From assembly GCA_904387055.1 (NCBI GenBank), contig CAJFKV010000003.1, positions 17,499-81,498 of the forward strand: 64,000 nucleotides of DNA. The letters run 5' to 3'. Of the stretch, positions 46,694 to 55,469 are shown piece after piece. The first letter of the stretch is position 1. Every line of letters starts with the position of its first letter. Position numbers and translations under genes: made by a program. This stretch comes from Candidatus Heteroruminococcus faecigallinarum (GTDB lineage Bacteria; Bacillota; Clostridia; Oscillospirales; Ruminococcaceae). The notes below the pieces were generated by a model that was not told where the DNA came from, did not search any database, and saw only the letters and a list, made by a program, of their open reading frames with translations.

Positions 46694-48337
46694 TTACTGG
46701 GTGACAGCCTGGTCGGCCAGGGTGATCCGGCAGCTGGCGCTGGCCGCTGTCTGCCCGTCGGGGTCCCGAAGGGTGACGTCCACGGTCAGCTCCAGGAGCC
46801 CGTCCGGCAGGATGTCCAGGAAATAGAGCATCCCAATTTGGGAGAAGTCGTAGTCCCCGTGCCAGCTCATGGCGCCGTCCTCCCCCATGGCGACCCGGCC
46901 GGCCAGGAGGATCTGGTGGGTCCAGCCGTCGGGCAGGCCCATGGGGAGATCGATGCGCAGGAGGCCGTCCGGGGTGACGGAGACGGAGGCGATCACCGTC
47001 TGGACCCAGGCGTCCGGGTCAAAGCTTCCGTCCCCATAGGGGGGCATGCCCAGCATGAGCGCCTCCAGGGTGGGCATGTGGGAGCAGGAGTAGACCATCT
47101 GCCCGTCCTCCCGGTAGAAGGTGGCCGAAAGGGTGACGCACTCCGGCAGGGGATCGGGAATGGGGATGGTATACCCGGTTCCGGCGGCGACCTTCTCCTC
47201 CTGAAGGAAGGGGGTGCGGGTTTCCCCGTCTACCCATTCGCCCTCCAGGGAGAGGGAAAGTTCCTCCTCCGGGGAAAGGGCGGGAGCGCCGAAATACAGG
47301 GTACCGTCGGAGACGCCGATGGAGGCCTGGAACGCTTCCTCCCACTGGACGAAGGCGGCAGGGGTGGAGGCGTCCCCGGAGGCTTCGGCAGCGGCGGTGC
47401 TGGAGGAGCGGTCCCGGGGAAGAAGGTCACCGAAGCAGAGGAGCAGGACCACCGTGGCCGCCAGGGCCAGGGGGACCGCCACCCGGGCGGCGGGATGGGC
47501 CCGACCTAGGGCCAGGAGCCGTTCCTTCAGGCCGTAACCGCCGTTCATCACCGCGGCGGAAGGTCGCCGCTGACCGCCGGCACAAGCCAGAAGCAGGCGG
47601 GCGTAGTCCTGGCGGCGGCCGGTGAGGGCGACCACCTGCCCGTCGCACCGCAGCTCCAGGTCCGACCGCCAGGCAAAGAAGGCCGCCCAGGCGAGGGGAT
47701 TGTACCAGTGGAGGCAGAGGAGGGCCAGGGCCAGCCAGGTGAGCAGGACGTCCCGGTTCTTCCAGTGGCAGAGCTCGTGGAGAAGGGCCTGGTCCCAATC
47801 CTCCTCCGGGAGATGGAGGGGCAGCACCACCACCGGCCGGAACACCCCGGCGGTGCAGGGACGCTCCCCGCCCAGGCGAAGCTCCGGAAGGGTGTCCCGC
47901 CCCAGCAGGCCGGCACACCGGCGGGCGGCAACCTGGAGACGGTCATCTCCGGGGGAGAGGGAGCGCAGCCGGCGGCGCAGGCGCAGCTGGCCAGCCAGCA
48001 GCCACAGGGCCAGGACGGCGGCCCCGGCCAGCCACAGGAGAAGCGGCCAGGGGAGGGGTGTTCCCGCGGGGGAAGGGGTCAGGGGGACGGCGGCTGCTTC
48101 CGCCCCCGGAAGGGGGGTGGGGACGGCGGTTTGGGGGGAGGGGGAGAGGACAGCGGCCCCGCCCGGCCGGGCAAAGGGGCTGGCAAAGGTGACAGGGAGG
48201 GCCAGCCGCAGGCCCACCAAGCCCCACAGGGCCATCCGGACGGCGGGGGTGAGGAAGCGGCCCAGGGCCAGCCGAAGGAGCAGAGCCGCCGCCAGCAGCA
48301 GGGAGGCGGAGAATGCCCAGGAAAGCAGGGTGGTCAC
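46694..48337 (-). CDS. BlaR1/MecR1-type M56 metalloprotease signal transducer with an unrecognised C-terminal extracytoplasmic domain
   Basis: GTG start overlapping the blaI stop (GTGA). HELCHWKNRD zinc motif and TM helices. The C-terminal ~250 aa has no SxxK motif and no PBP-like motifs. Confidence 0.8.
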   Translation of the reverse strand: MTTLLSWAFSASLLLAAALLLRLALGRFLTPAVRMALWGLVGLRLALPVTFASPFARPGGAAVLSPSPQTAVPTPLPGAEAAAVPLTPSPAGTPLPWPLLLWLAGAAVLALWLLAGQLRLRRRLRSLSPGDDRLQVAARRCAGLLGRDTLPELRLGGERPCTAGVFRPVVVLPLHLPEEDWDQALLHELCHWKNRDVLLTWLALALLCLHWYNPLAWAAFFAWRSDLELRCDGQVVALTGRRQDYARLLLACAGGQRRPSAAVMNGGYGLKERLLALGRAHPAARVAVPLALAATVVLLLCFGDLLPRDRSSSTAAAEASGDASTPAAFVQWEEAFQASIGVSDGTLYFGAPALSPEEELSLSLEGEWVDGETRTPFLQEEKVAAGTGYTIPIPDPLPECVTLSATFYREDGQMVYSCSHMPTLEALMLGMPPYGDGSFDPDAWVQTVIASVSVTPDGLLRIDLPMGLPDGWTHQILLAGRVAMGEDGAMSWHGDYDFSQIGMLYFLDILPDGLLELTVDVTLRDPDGQTAASASCRITLADQAVTQ

Positions 48338-48744
48338 GGATGGTCATCTCCTTTCTCGCCGGCGGGAAGGTTGTCCAGCCGGGCGGCCAGCCGTTCCAGC
48401 TCGGCCCGCTCCTGGGGGGTGAGGCGGCTTTCCCGGGCCAGGGCGGCCATCATCAGGGAAACCGACCCGTCAAAGACCCGGGAGAGAAAGCTGTGGGCCT
48501 CCTGCACCCGGCAGGTGCTGCTGTCCACGGCGGCCGTATACCGGAAGCTGTTCCCCACCGACCGGTCGGCCAGGATGAGCCCCTTGTTGACCAGCCGGCC
48601 CACCAGGGTTTTGATGGTGGAGTAGCTCCAGCCGCTCCCCTCCAGGGCGGCGACAATCTGGTGGAGGGAGGCGCCGGGGCAGCGCCACACCACCTCCATT
48701 ACCTTCCACTCCCCCTCGCTGATGGAGTATCGTCTTGTTTCCAT
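48334..48744 (-). CDS. BlaI/MecI/CopY-family transcriptional repressor
   Basis: RBS AAAGGAGGG. METRRYSISEGEWKVMEVVW...SYSTIKTLVGRLVNKG.... Confidence 0.88.
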   Translation of the reverse strand: METRRYSISEGEWKVMEVVWRCPGASLHQIVAALEGSGWSYSTIKTLVGRLVNKGLILADRSVGNSFRYTAAVDSSTCRVQEAHSFLSRVFDGSVSLMMAALARESRLTPQERAELERLAARLDNLPAGEKGDDHP

Positions 48745-48770
48745 GGGGATCCCTCCTTTGGACATTCGGC

Positions 48771-48804
48771 TACATTTGTGGCTTTCATTAAGTCTACATC
48801 TGTA
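48771..48804. promoter_or_regulatory. two TACAnnTGTA-type boxes (BlaI/CopY operator)
   Basis: TACATTTGTG at 48771-48780 and the perfect TACATCTGTA at 48795-48804 (within CTACATCTGTAG), in the divergent intergenic region. Confidence 0.65.
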
Positions 48805-48985
48805 GCTTCAAAATGTCAAGGGGAGGAGCGGGAAAGAGGGGAGAAAAGCTCCATGGAAGGGGGACCTTCCATGGGTGCAACCGGCGGTTGACGGATTTTC
48901 GGGCCCTGTATGTGGACAGCAACCGGTTCTTTTGGTACAATCGAGCTGGAAGAACGGCAGTGCCGATGGAAAGGAATGGTTGGGA

Positions 48986-50002
48986 ATGGTTGGATTGGGA
49001 GAGCGGATTTCCCGCCTGCGGAAGGAGCGGGGATGGTCCCAGGAGGAGCTGGCCGGGCGGCTGGAGGTGACCCGGCAGTCGATCTCCAAATGGGAGAGCG
49101 GGACCTCGGTTCCCGACCTGGAGAAGATTCTGCGGATGGGGGAGCTGTTTGGGGTGAGCACCGATTTCCTTCTCAAGGAGGGGGAAGAGGCGCAGCCGTC
49201 CGGCCGGGCGGAAGAAGCCCGCAGCGTCTCCCGGGAGGAGGCGGAGGCGTACCTGTCCGCGGTGGAGAGGCTGGCCCCTCGGAAGGCGCTGGCCGTGGCC
49301 CTGTTTATCCTGTCCCCTGTGGTCCTGTTCCTGCTGCAAAGCGGGAAGGAGAGCGGTATATTCCCCCTTCCCGCGGGACTGGCAGAGGGAATCGGGCTGG
49401 TTGTGTTGCTGGGCATGGTGGCGGCGGGGGTGGGCCTGCTGATCCTGAGCGGCCTGCCCCGTTACGACTATCTGGAGGAACGGGAGATCGCCCTGTCCCG
49501 GGAGGGAAAGGAATGGGCAAAGAGCTGCCGGGAAGGGTTCCGGCCCCGCCTCCAGCGGGGGGTGGCCGTCGGGGTTGTCCTGTGTATCCTGGGGGCGGCG
49601 CCGGTGGTGCTGGCCGGGTCCCTGGACGCCGGGGAGCCGTGGGGAAGCGTCTGCTTCTGTATGCTGCTGATTCTGGTGGCCGGGGGTGTGTATGGGTTTG
49701 TGCGCCACGGGGTGGTGTACAACGCCTATGCCAAGCTCCTCCAGGAGGGGGAATATACCCGCCGGCAGAAGGAGCTGAACCGGCGGTTTGCCTATCTGCC
49801 GGGGGTGTATTGGTGCCTGGCGACCGCCCTGTATCTGGGGATCAGCTTCCTGTGGAACAGCTGGGACACCTCGTGGATTGTGTGGCCGGTGGCGGGGGTG
49901 CTGTACGCCGCCCTGCTGAGCCTCCTCTACGGCCTGGCCGAGGCCAGGGGGCGGAAAGAAACCAAATCCTGCGAGCAAGAAAGGAAGAGGGAACGGTCAT
50001 GA
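48986..50002 (+). CDS. XRE-family HTH regulator fused to a polytopic membrane domain
   Basis: MVGLGERISRLRKERGWSQEELAGRLEVTRQSISKWESGTSVPDL followed by about 6 TM helices. The track ORF start 48875 is over-extended. Confidence 0.8.
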   Translation: MVGLGERISRLRKERGWSQEELAGRLEVTRQSISKWESGTSVPDLEKILRMGELFGVSTDFLLKEGEEAQPSGRAEEARSVSREEAEAYLSAVERLAPRKALAVALFILSPVVLFLLQSGKESGIFPLPAGLAEGIGLVVLLGMVAAGVGLLILSGLPRYDYLEEREIALSREGKEWAKSCREGFRPRLQRGVAVGVVLCILGAAPVVLAGSLDAGEPWGSVCFCMLLILVAGGVYGFVRHGVVYNAYAKLLQEGEYTRRQKELNRRFAYLPGVYWCLATALYLGISFLWNSWDTSWIVWPVAGVLYAALLSLLYGLAEARGRKETKSCEQERKRERS

Positions 50003-50580
50003 AGAGGAGATTTTGGATGATCCTGGCGGCTGGTTTGCTGGCGGTGGCCGGCTGCAGCGGCCCGCCCGAGCCGGCCCACGGGGAAGCGGACCGGGATTTT
50101 TACCTGCGGCTGGGAAGCTCCGCCGGCGTCACCCAGACCTTCGAGGATGAGGAGATGGGGGTGACGGGCAGCCTGCGTGTGGACTACCAGAGGATTCCCG
50201 GGGACGGAGGGGAGGCCTATCTGCTGGTGACGGGCGTTTCCGGAAGCTGGACGGTGGAGGACCCATCCTGGGAGGTGACCGGCTGCCAGGTGGCGGCCGC
50301 CTGCCTGTCCCCGGACCCGGCCAGCGAAGGCCAATGGACCTTGTGGGAGCCGGAAGAGCTGACCTTCTCCTATGAGGTGGCCTTCCCCCAGCCGGTGCTG
50401 GACGGGAAGGAAACGGCGGCGGGAGCCCAGGCGACCCTCTACCTGCGGCAGGGGGAGGGGAAGATTCATCCGGTGACGATGACCGCCGCTGCCGGCTCCG
50501 ACAGCCGCCGGGACCTCCCCGACCTGGCCGCCTGGGCGGAGGAGGGAAAGACCCCCTTCCCCAATGGGGAGGAGGGGTAG
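49999..50580 (+). CDS. lipoprotein (hypothetical)
   Basis: ATGA overlap with the upstream gene. MKRRFWMILAAGLLAVAGC lipobox. Confidence 0.65.
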   Translation: MKRRFWMILAAGLLAVAGCSGPPEPAHGEADRDFYLRLGSSAGVTQTFEDEEMGVTGSLRVDYQRIPGDGGEAYLLVTGVSGSWTVEDPSWEVTGCQVAAACLSPDPASEGQWTLWEPEELTFSYEVAFPQPVLDGKETAAGAQATLYLRQGEGKIHPVTMTAAAGSDSRRDLPDLAAWAEEGKTPFPNGEEG

Positions 50581-50660
50581 CGGTTCTTTCTGAAAAGCAG
50601 CCTTGAGCCGGACAGGCTCAAGGCACGGATGGGACAGGGCCAGTGGTCCACGGATTTCGT

Positions 50661-50691
50661 AAAAGCCCCCGGATGGTGACCGGGGGCTTTT
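50661..50691 (+). terminator. intrinsic terminator
   Basis: AAAAGCCCCCGG and CCGGGGGCTTTT arms. A second weaker hairpin lies at about 50598-50625. Confidence 0.7.
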
Positions 50692-50721
50692 GTGCTTTTT
50701 GCCAAAATGGGCCCCGCGGGG

Positions 50722-50750
50722 TTGACAACGGACCCTCTTTCCTGTATAAA
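50722..50750 (+). promoter_or_regulatory. sigma-A promoter for the symporter operon
   Basis: TTGACA, 17-nt spacer, TATAAA. Confidence 0.6.
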
Positions 50751-50813
50751 CTTTAATATAGCAGAGAGATAAAGAGCTACTACGTTATTGCATAAAAGAG
50801 GAGGCGGACGATT

Positions 50814-51023
50814 GTGCAATCGAAAAAACGACGGAACTGGGTCTTCATCTTGTTATGGGTGGTGGCTTTTGCGCTGGTGAACTATCCCATAGGGGCGATC
50901 GCCTCGGTGCGGATCGAGCCCTTTGTTTTGGGGATGCCTTTCAGCGTGTTTTACTTTTGGGCGGCGTATTCGGTGCTGATCCTGGCCGGTGTGGTGCTGG
51001 CCTGGAAGGTTATGCGGGATTAA
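50814..51023 (+). CDS. DUF3311-like small two-TM subunit of a sodium:solute symporter
   Basis: GTG start after AGGAGG. 69 aa, MQSKKRRNWVFILLWVVAFALVNYP.... Confidence 0.7.
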   Translation: MQSKKRRNWVFILLWVVAFALVNYPIGAIASVRIEPFVLGMPFSVFYFWAAYSVLILAGVVLAWKVMRD

Positions 51024-51036
51024 GGAGGGAAAACAG

Positions 51037-52542
51037 ATGCCAAGCTGGATGATTATTCTCATCATCGTGGCCATTTATTGTGCCGTGGTGATCGCCGTGG
51101 GTGTGTTTACCCGCAGCAAGGAGAAATCCTTGCAGGATTACTTTGTGGGGAACCGGTCCCTGGGGGCGTTTGTGGCCTTCTTTACCTATGTGGCCACCTT
51201 CCACAGCAGCTTTGCCTTTATTGGGGCGGCGGGGCAGATGTACTCGTCGGGGATCAAGTTTTTTGCCACCTTCACCTCCTGCGTGGTGAGCCCGCTGATG
51301 ATCTACATCATCGGCCGGCCCACCTGGTACCTGGGCAAAAAGTACAACTACATGACCCAGGGGGAACTGGTGGGGGACTACTATGAGAGCAAGGCCCTGC
51401 GGTATCTGGTGGCCATTGTGAGCCTGATCTTCCTGGTGCCCTATCTTCAGTCCCAGATTGCGGCGGGAGGCATCATCTTTGAGACCATCACCGAGGGGCG
51501 GGTGTCCTACCTGATGGGGTGTGCCATCCTGTACGCAGTGATTATCTGTTATATTCTGCTGGGCGGCTTCAAGGCGGTGGCCTGGACCGACACGGTACAG
51601 GGCATCCTGATGATCGTTATGGTCTGGATTGCCGGCGGCGTCATCCTGATGCGGACCACCGGCGGGATGGACTGGAGGCCGCTGATGGAGGCCGTCGCCA
51701 CCCAGTACCCCGACCGGGTGCTGGTGCCGGTGGAATATTGGCCTACCTATATGACCTCCTTCATCTCCCTTTTCGGCATCTCCATCTATCCTCCGTCCTT
51801 CCAGCGGTTCTTTGCGGTGAAGAACCCCAAGACGCTGAAGTGGCTGTCGGTCACCACCCCCATCTATCTGATCTTCTTCTATGTGCCGGTGATGATCATC
51901 GCCTTTTCCGGGGTGATTTACATGCCGGAACTGTCGTCGGCGGACCAGGTGCTGCCCATGATGCTGACCCGGTATGCCTCGCCGGTGCTGGTGGGGCTGG
52001 TGATGGCCGGCGCCCTGGCGGCCACCATGTCCTCTACCGATTCCCAACTCCACTCGGCGTCTTCCATCTTCACGGTGGACCTGTATAAGGGCTTCCGCCC
52101 CCAGGCCAGCGACGAACGGGCCATCATCGTGGGCAAGGGGTTCATCGTGGTCATCAGCGCCGCGGCGCTGATCCTGAGCCAGTATAACAACGACCTGATT
52201 ACCACCATCGTCACCATCGCCCTGGGCGGCTGCCTTCAGGTGCTGCCCTCCCTCATCGGCGCCCTGTTCTGGAAGGGGGCCAGCAAGGCCGGCGCCTTCA
52301 GCGGCCTGGTGGTGGGGGTGATCGTGGTGATCCTGACCCAATATGTCCCCGCCATCCAGACCCCCTTGGGCCTGTCCAGCGGTTTCTGGGGGCTGGTGTG
52401 CAACCTGGCGGTCTTCTTTGTGGTGAGCAAGATGACCCCCAAGCCCTCCCAGGCAACCATCCAGAAGTTCCACGGGTATCTGGCCCAGGTGAACCGGCTT
52501 GAGGAGGAAGGAACACCGGTGGAGGAGGCGATTGCCCAGTGA
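51037..52542 (+). CDS. sodium:solute symporter (SSS) family transporter
   Basis: RBS AAGGAGGG. MPSWMIILIIVAIYCAVVIAVGVFTRSKEKSLQDYFVGNRSLG..., about 13 TM helices. Confidence 0.88.
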   Translation: MPSWMIILIIVAIYCAVVIAVGVFTRSKEKSLQDYFVGNRSLGAFVAFFTYVATFHSSFAFIGAAGQMYSSGIKFFATFTSCVVSPLMIYIIGRPTWYLGKKYNYMTQGELVGDYYESKALRYLVAIVSLIFLVPYLQSQIAAGGIIFETITEGRVSYLMGCAILYAVIICYILLGGFKAVAWTDTVQGILMIVMVWIAGGVILMRTTGGMDWRPLMEAVATQYPDRVLVPVEYWPTYMTSFISLFGISIYPPSFQRFFAVKNPKTLKWLSVTTPIYLIFFYVPVMIIAFSGVIYMPELSSADQVLPMMLTRYASPVLVGLVMAGALAATMSSTDSQLHSASSIFTVDLYKGFRPQASDERAIIVGKGFIVVISAAALILSQYNNDLITTIVTIALGGCLQVLPSLIGALFWKGASKAGAFSGLVVGVIVVILTQYVPAIQTPLGLSSGFWGLVCNLAVFFVVSKMTPKPSQATIQKFHGYLAQVNRLEEEGTPVEEAIAQ

Positions 52543-53432
52543 TTCCCGCTTATGACCTGCACCTCCACGCCGGCCCGGAGGTAATTCCCCGGAAGTATGA
52601 CGCGCTCCAGGCGGGGGAAGCCCTCCGGCGGGACGGCCTGGGCGGCGCAGTGCTCAAGAACCACTATTATTCCACCGTGCCCTTTGTTCAGATGGCCCGG
52701 GAGCGGGGCATCGAGAACGTGTGGGCCTCCCTGACGCTGAACCACTATGTGGGCGGGCTCAATCCCTTTGCCCTGCGGGGGTCCCTGGGCCTGCGGGAGA
52801 AGGACGGGCGCCCCCTCCTGCGGGTGGTGTGGATGCCCACCGTCCATGCGGCGGCCCATCTGGCGGTGCGCCGGGGGCTGGGGGAGCGGTACGACGTGCC
52901 CCCCGAATGGACCGGCGGCCTGGTTGCCGGCACCCCGGTGGACCAGGTACCCCCCATTACGGTGACCGATCCCCAGGTACAGGACAATCTGCGGGAAATT
53001 TTGTCCCTTATTGCGGAGAACGGATTGATCCTGGCCACCGGGCACCTGTCCAAGGAAGAGGTGTTTTACCTGGTTCCCCTGGCCAAGAAGCTGGGGGTGG
53101 AAAAGATCATCCTGACCCATCCGGCCTATGTGACCACCCGGCTCACGGTGGAGGAGGTGAAGGAGCTGACCGCCCTGGGCGGGGTGTACAGCGAGCAAAG
53201 CTACGCCCTGATGCCCATCGACCACCTGACCCCCGCCGAAGTGGCGGCCTACATCCGCGGGGTGGGCCCCCAGGCCACCATTATGACCACCGACCTGGGG
53301 CAGCGGGCGGGGCTCTCCCCCCGGGAGGGGATCGACCTGTTTGCCTCCCTGATGGAGAAGGAGGGGATCTCGCCCCAGGAGATCGTTACCATGGCGGTGG
53401 AGAACCCGGCGGCCCTACTGGGCCAGCGGTGA
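52539..53432 (+). CDS. metal-dependent hydrolase-fold (amidohydrolase/PHP-like, DUF6282-like) protein
   Basis: GTGA overlap with the symporter stop. MIPAYDLHLHAGPEV...ATGHLSKEE...ILTHP...TDLGQ.... The histidine and aspartate pattern resembles a TIM-barrel hydrolase. Confidence 0.6.
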   Translation: MIPAYDLHLHAGPEVIPRKYDALQAGEALRRDGLGGAVLKNHYYSTVPFVQMARERGIENVWASLTLNHYVGGLNPFALRGSLGLREKDGRPLLRVVWMPTVHAAAHLAVRRGLGERYDVPPEWTGGLVAGTPVDQVPPITVTDPQVQDNLREILSLIAENGLILATGHLSKEEVFYLVPLAKKLGVEKIILTHPAYVTTRLTVEEVKELTALGGVYSEQSYALMPIDHLTPAEVAAYIRGVGPQATIMTTDLGQRAGLSPREGIDLFASLMEKEGISPQEIVTMAVENPAALLGQR

Positions 53433-53452
53433 CCAAAGGGAATCCGAAGAAC

Positions 53453-53489
53453 AACAGCGGCATGGCCTTTTTGCGGCCATGCCGCTGTT
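53453..53489 (+). terminator. hairpin after the symporter operon
   Basis: AACAGCGGCATGGCC and GGCCATGCCGCTGTT, 15-bp arms. Confidence 0.65.
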
Positions 53490-53793
53490 GGCCGTTCTGC
53501 GGGCTTCTACTGGAGACCGAGGCGGGAGGCATGTATTTTGCCTACCCCTTTACCTTGGGGGGAGAGGAAATAGCGGAGATAACCGAGCGGGTATATGCCG
53601 CGTTCTATCCGGACGCGCTGGACGATTCCTAGGCCCCCGCTGTCCCCCGAGGGAGCGGCGGGGGTTGCCGCCGACACGGCGGATGGCCCTGGGGAAGGAG
53701 ACACGCCGGGAAAGGGGGGAACTTTTCCCGCGGGCGTTCTTTCCCTGTTCTGTTTCCCATATACTGGGATGGACAGAAAGGGGCGGATACAGG

Positions 53794-54333
53794 ATGAATA
53801 TGGTGACCTTTCGTTTTCGATGGAAGCTGGCGACCCTTCTTCTCCTGGTGGGGGCCGCCGTCCTGGCAGGAGGGCTCTTTTTAAAGGATGGGCTGCCGCT
53901 GCCGGGGGAGGATCGCCCGGCGGAGACCGACAACGCCAGCAGCGGCCTGGGGACCAACGAGGGCCGCCGCCAGTATTTGATCGCCCTGGGCTGGGAGGTG
54001 GGGGAAGAACCGGAGGAGATCCGGGAGGTGGTGATTCCCCAGGAATTTGACGAGACCTACCAGCAGTACAACCAGCTGCAGGAGGAGCAGGGCTTCGATC
54101 TGGAGCGGTACCGGGGACAGCGGGCGAAGGTGTATACCTACCAGATTCTCAACTACCCGGACCGACCGGAAGGGATTGTGGCCCATCTGCTCATCTGCGA
54201 CTGGAAGGTGATAGGGGGCGACGTGTGCTCGGTGGAGCTGGACGGCTTTATGCAGGGGCTGGAGCAGCCGGAGTTTTCCCAGGATGACGGCGGCAGCAGC
54301 GGGGAAGAGGAAGCCGCTTCCCAGGAAGAATAA
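53794..54333 (+). CDS. DUF4830-domain protein (N-terminal membrane anchor)
   Basis: MNMVTFRFRWKLATLLLLVGAAVLAGG...YLIALGWEVGEEPEEIREVVIPQEFDETYQQYNQLQEEQGFDLERYRG.... Confidence 0.75.
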   Translation: MNMVTFRFRWKLATLLLLVGAAVLAGGLFLKDGLPLPGEDRPAETDNASSGLGTNEGRRQYLIALGWEVGEEPEEIREVVIPQEFDETYQQYNQLQEEQGFDLERYRGQRAKVYTYQILNYPDRPEGIVAHLLICDWKVIGGDVCSVELDGFMQGLEQPEFSQDDGGSSGEEEAASQEE

Positions 54334-54487
54334 CGTCTCAAAAGGAGGACCATGGCGGCACGCCGGTTTCTTTCGCCCTGCCGGGGCGGGAGGGACCGGT
54401 GTTTTTTGCCGGAAACGGGGGAGAAAACGGGTTTTTCTTGACGGGATGTGGTACAATGAAGCAGGAAGAAGAAAGGAGGGACGTCCC

Positions 54488-55432
54488 ATGAAGAAGATCC
54501 TGGTGGTGGGAAGTTCCAACGTGGATTTTGTCATCGACACGCCCCACATCCCGGCGCCGGGGGAAACGGTGCTGGGGGGACAGCTGGTGAAATACCCGGG
54601 CGGAAAGGGGGCCAACCAGGCCAACGCCGCCGGCCGCCTGGGGGGCGAGGTTGTCTTCCTCACGGTGCTGGGGGAGGACGAGGAAGGCCGGATGCTGCGC
54701 CAGGGGCTGACCCAGGCGGGGGTAGAGATGGACCGGGCGGGAACCGCCCCGGATCTGGCTACCGGCATCGCCTCCATCTATGTGGCGGAGGAGGGGGAGA
54801 ACGCCATTGTGGTGGCCCCCGGCGCCAACCGCCGGTGCGGCCGGGCGTATCTGGAGGAGCAGGAGGAAGCGTTTGCAGAATGCGGACTGCTGCTGCTGTC
54901 CATGGAGATCCCCCTGGAGGGGGTGGACTATGCCGCCCGGAAGGGGAAGGAGCGGGGCAAGCTGGTGATCCTCAACCCGGCGCCGGCCCCCGTGCCGGAC
55001 AGCCTTTCCCCCTCCCTGTGGGAGCAGGTGGACCTGCTGACCCCCAACGAGACCGAGCTGGGAAAACTGTCGGGAATGCCGGTGGAGACCCTTCCCCAGA
55101 TGGAGGCCGCCTGCCATGCCCTGCTGGAGAAGGGAGCCGGGTGCCTGGTGGTGACCCTGGGGGAGAAGGGGGCGCTGCTGGTGAAGAAGGGGAAGACGGC
55201 CCTCTTCCCCGCCCCGGCGGTAACTGCCGTGGATACCACCGGCGCGGGGGATACCTTTAACGGCGCGCTGGCGGTGATGCTGGCCAAGGGCGCCGGCCTG
55301 GAGCAGGCGGTCTCCTTTGCCAACTGCGCGGCGGCACTGTCGGTTACCCGGAGGGGGGCGCAGACCTCCGCGCCGGCCTTTGACGAGGTGAACGCCCTTT
55401 GGCAGGCAGAGACGGCAGGCCGGACAAACTAG
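54488..55432 (+). CDS. rbsK: ribokinase
   Basis: MKKILVVGSSNVDFV...GGKGANQA...DTTGAGDTFNGAL. Confidence 0.9.
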   Translation: MKKILVVGSSNVDFVIDTPHIPAPGETVLGGQLVKYPGGKGANQANAAGRLGGEVVFLTVLGEDEEGRMLRQGLTQAGVEMDRAGTAPDLATGIASIYVAEEGENAIVVAPGANRRCGRAYLEEQEEAFAECGLLLLSMEIPLEGVDYAARKGKERGKLVILNPAPAPVPDSLSPSLWEQVDLLTPNETELGKLSGMPVETLPQMEAACHALLEKGAGCLVVTLGEKGALLVKKGKTALFPAPAVTAVDTTGAGDTFNGALAVMLAKGAGLEQAVSFANCAAALSVTRRGAQTSAPAFDEVNALWQAETAGRTN

Positions 55433-55469
55433 GACAGGCCAGACGATGGAAAGAAAGAAGGAGCAAACG

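Noticed and set aside
53531-53632. 33-aa ORF MYFAYPFTLGGEEIAEITERVYAAFYPDALDDS in the 360-bp gap after the symporter operon
   Set aside because: GGGAGG sits only 1 nt from the ATG and no family is recognised. It could be a C-terminal gene remnant, but I cannot support a call.
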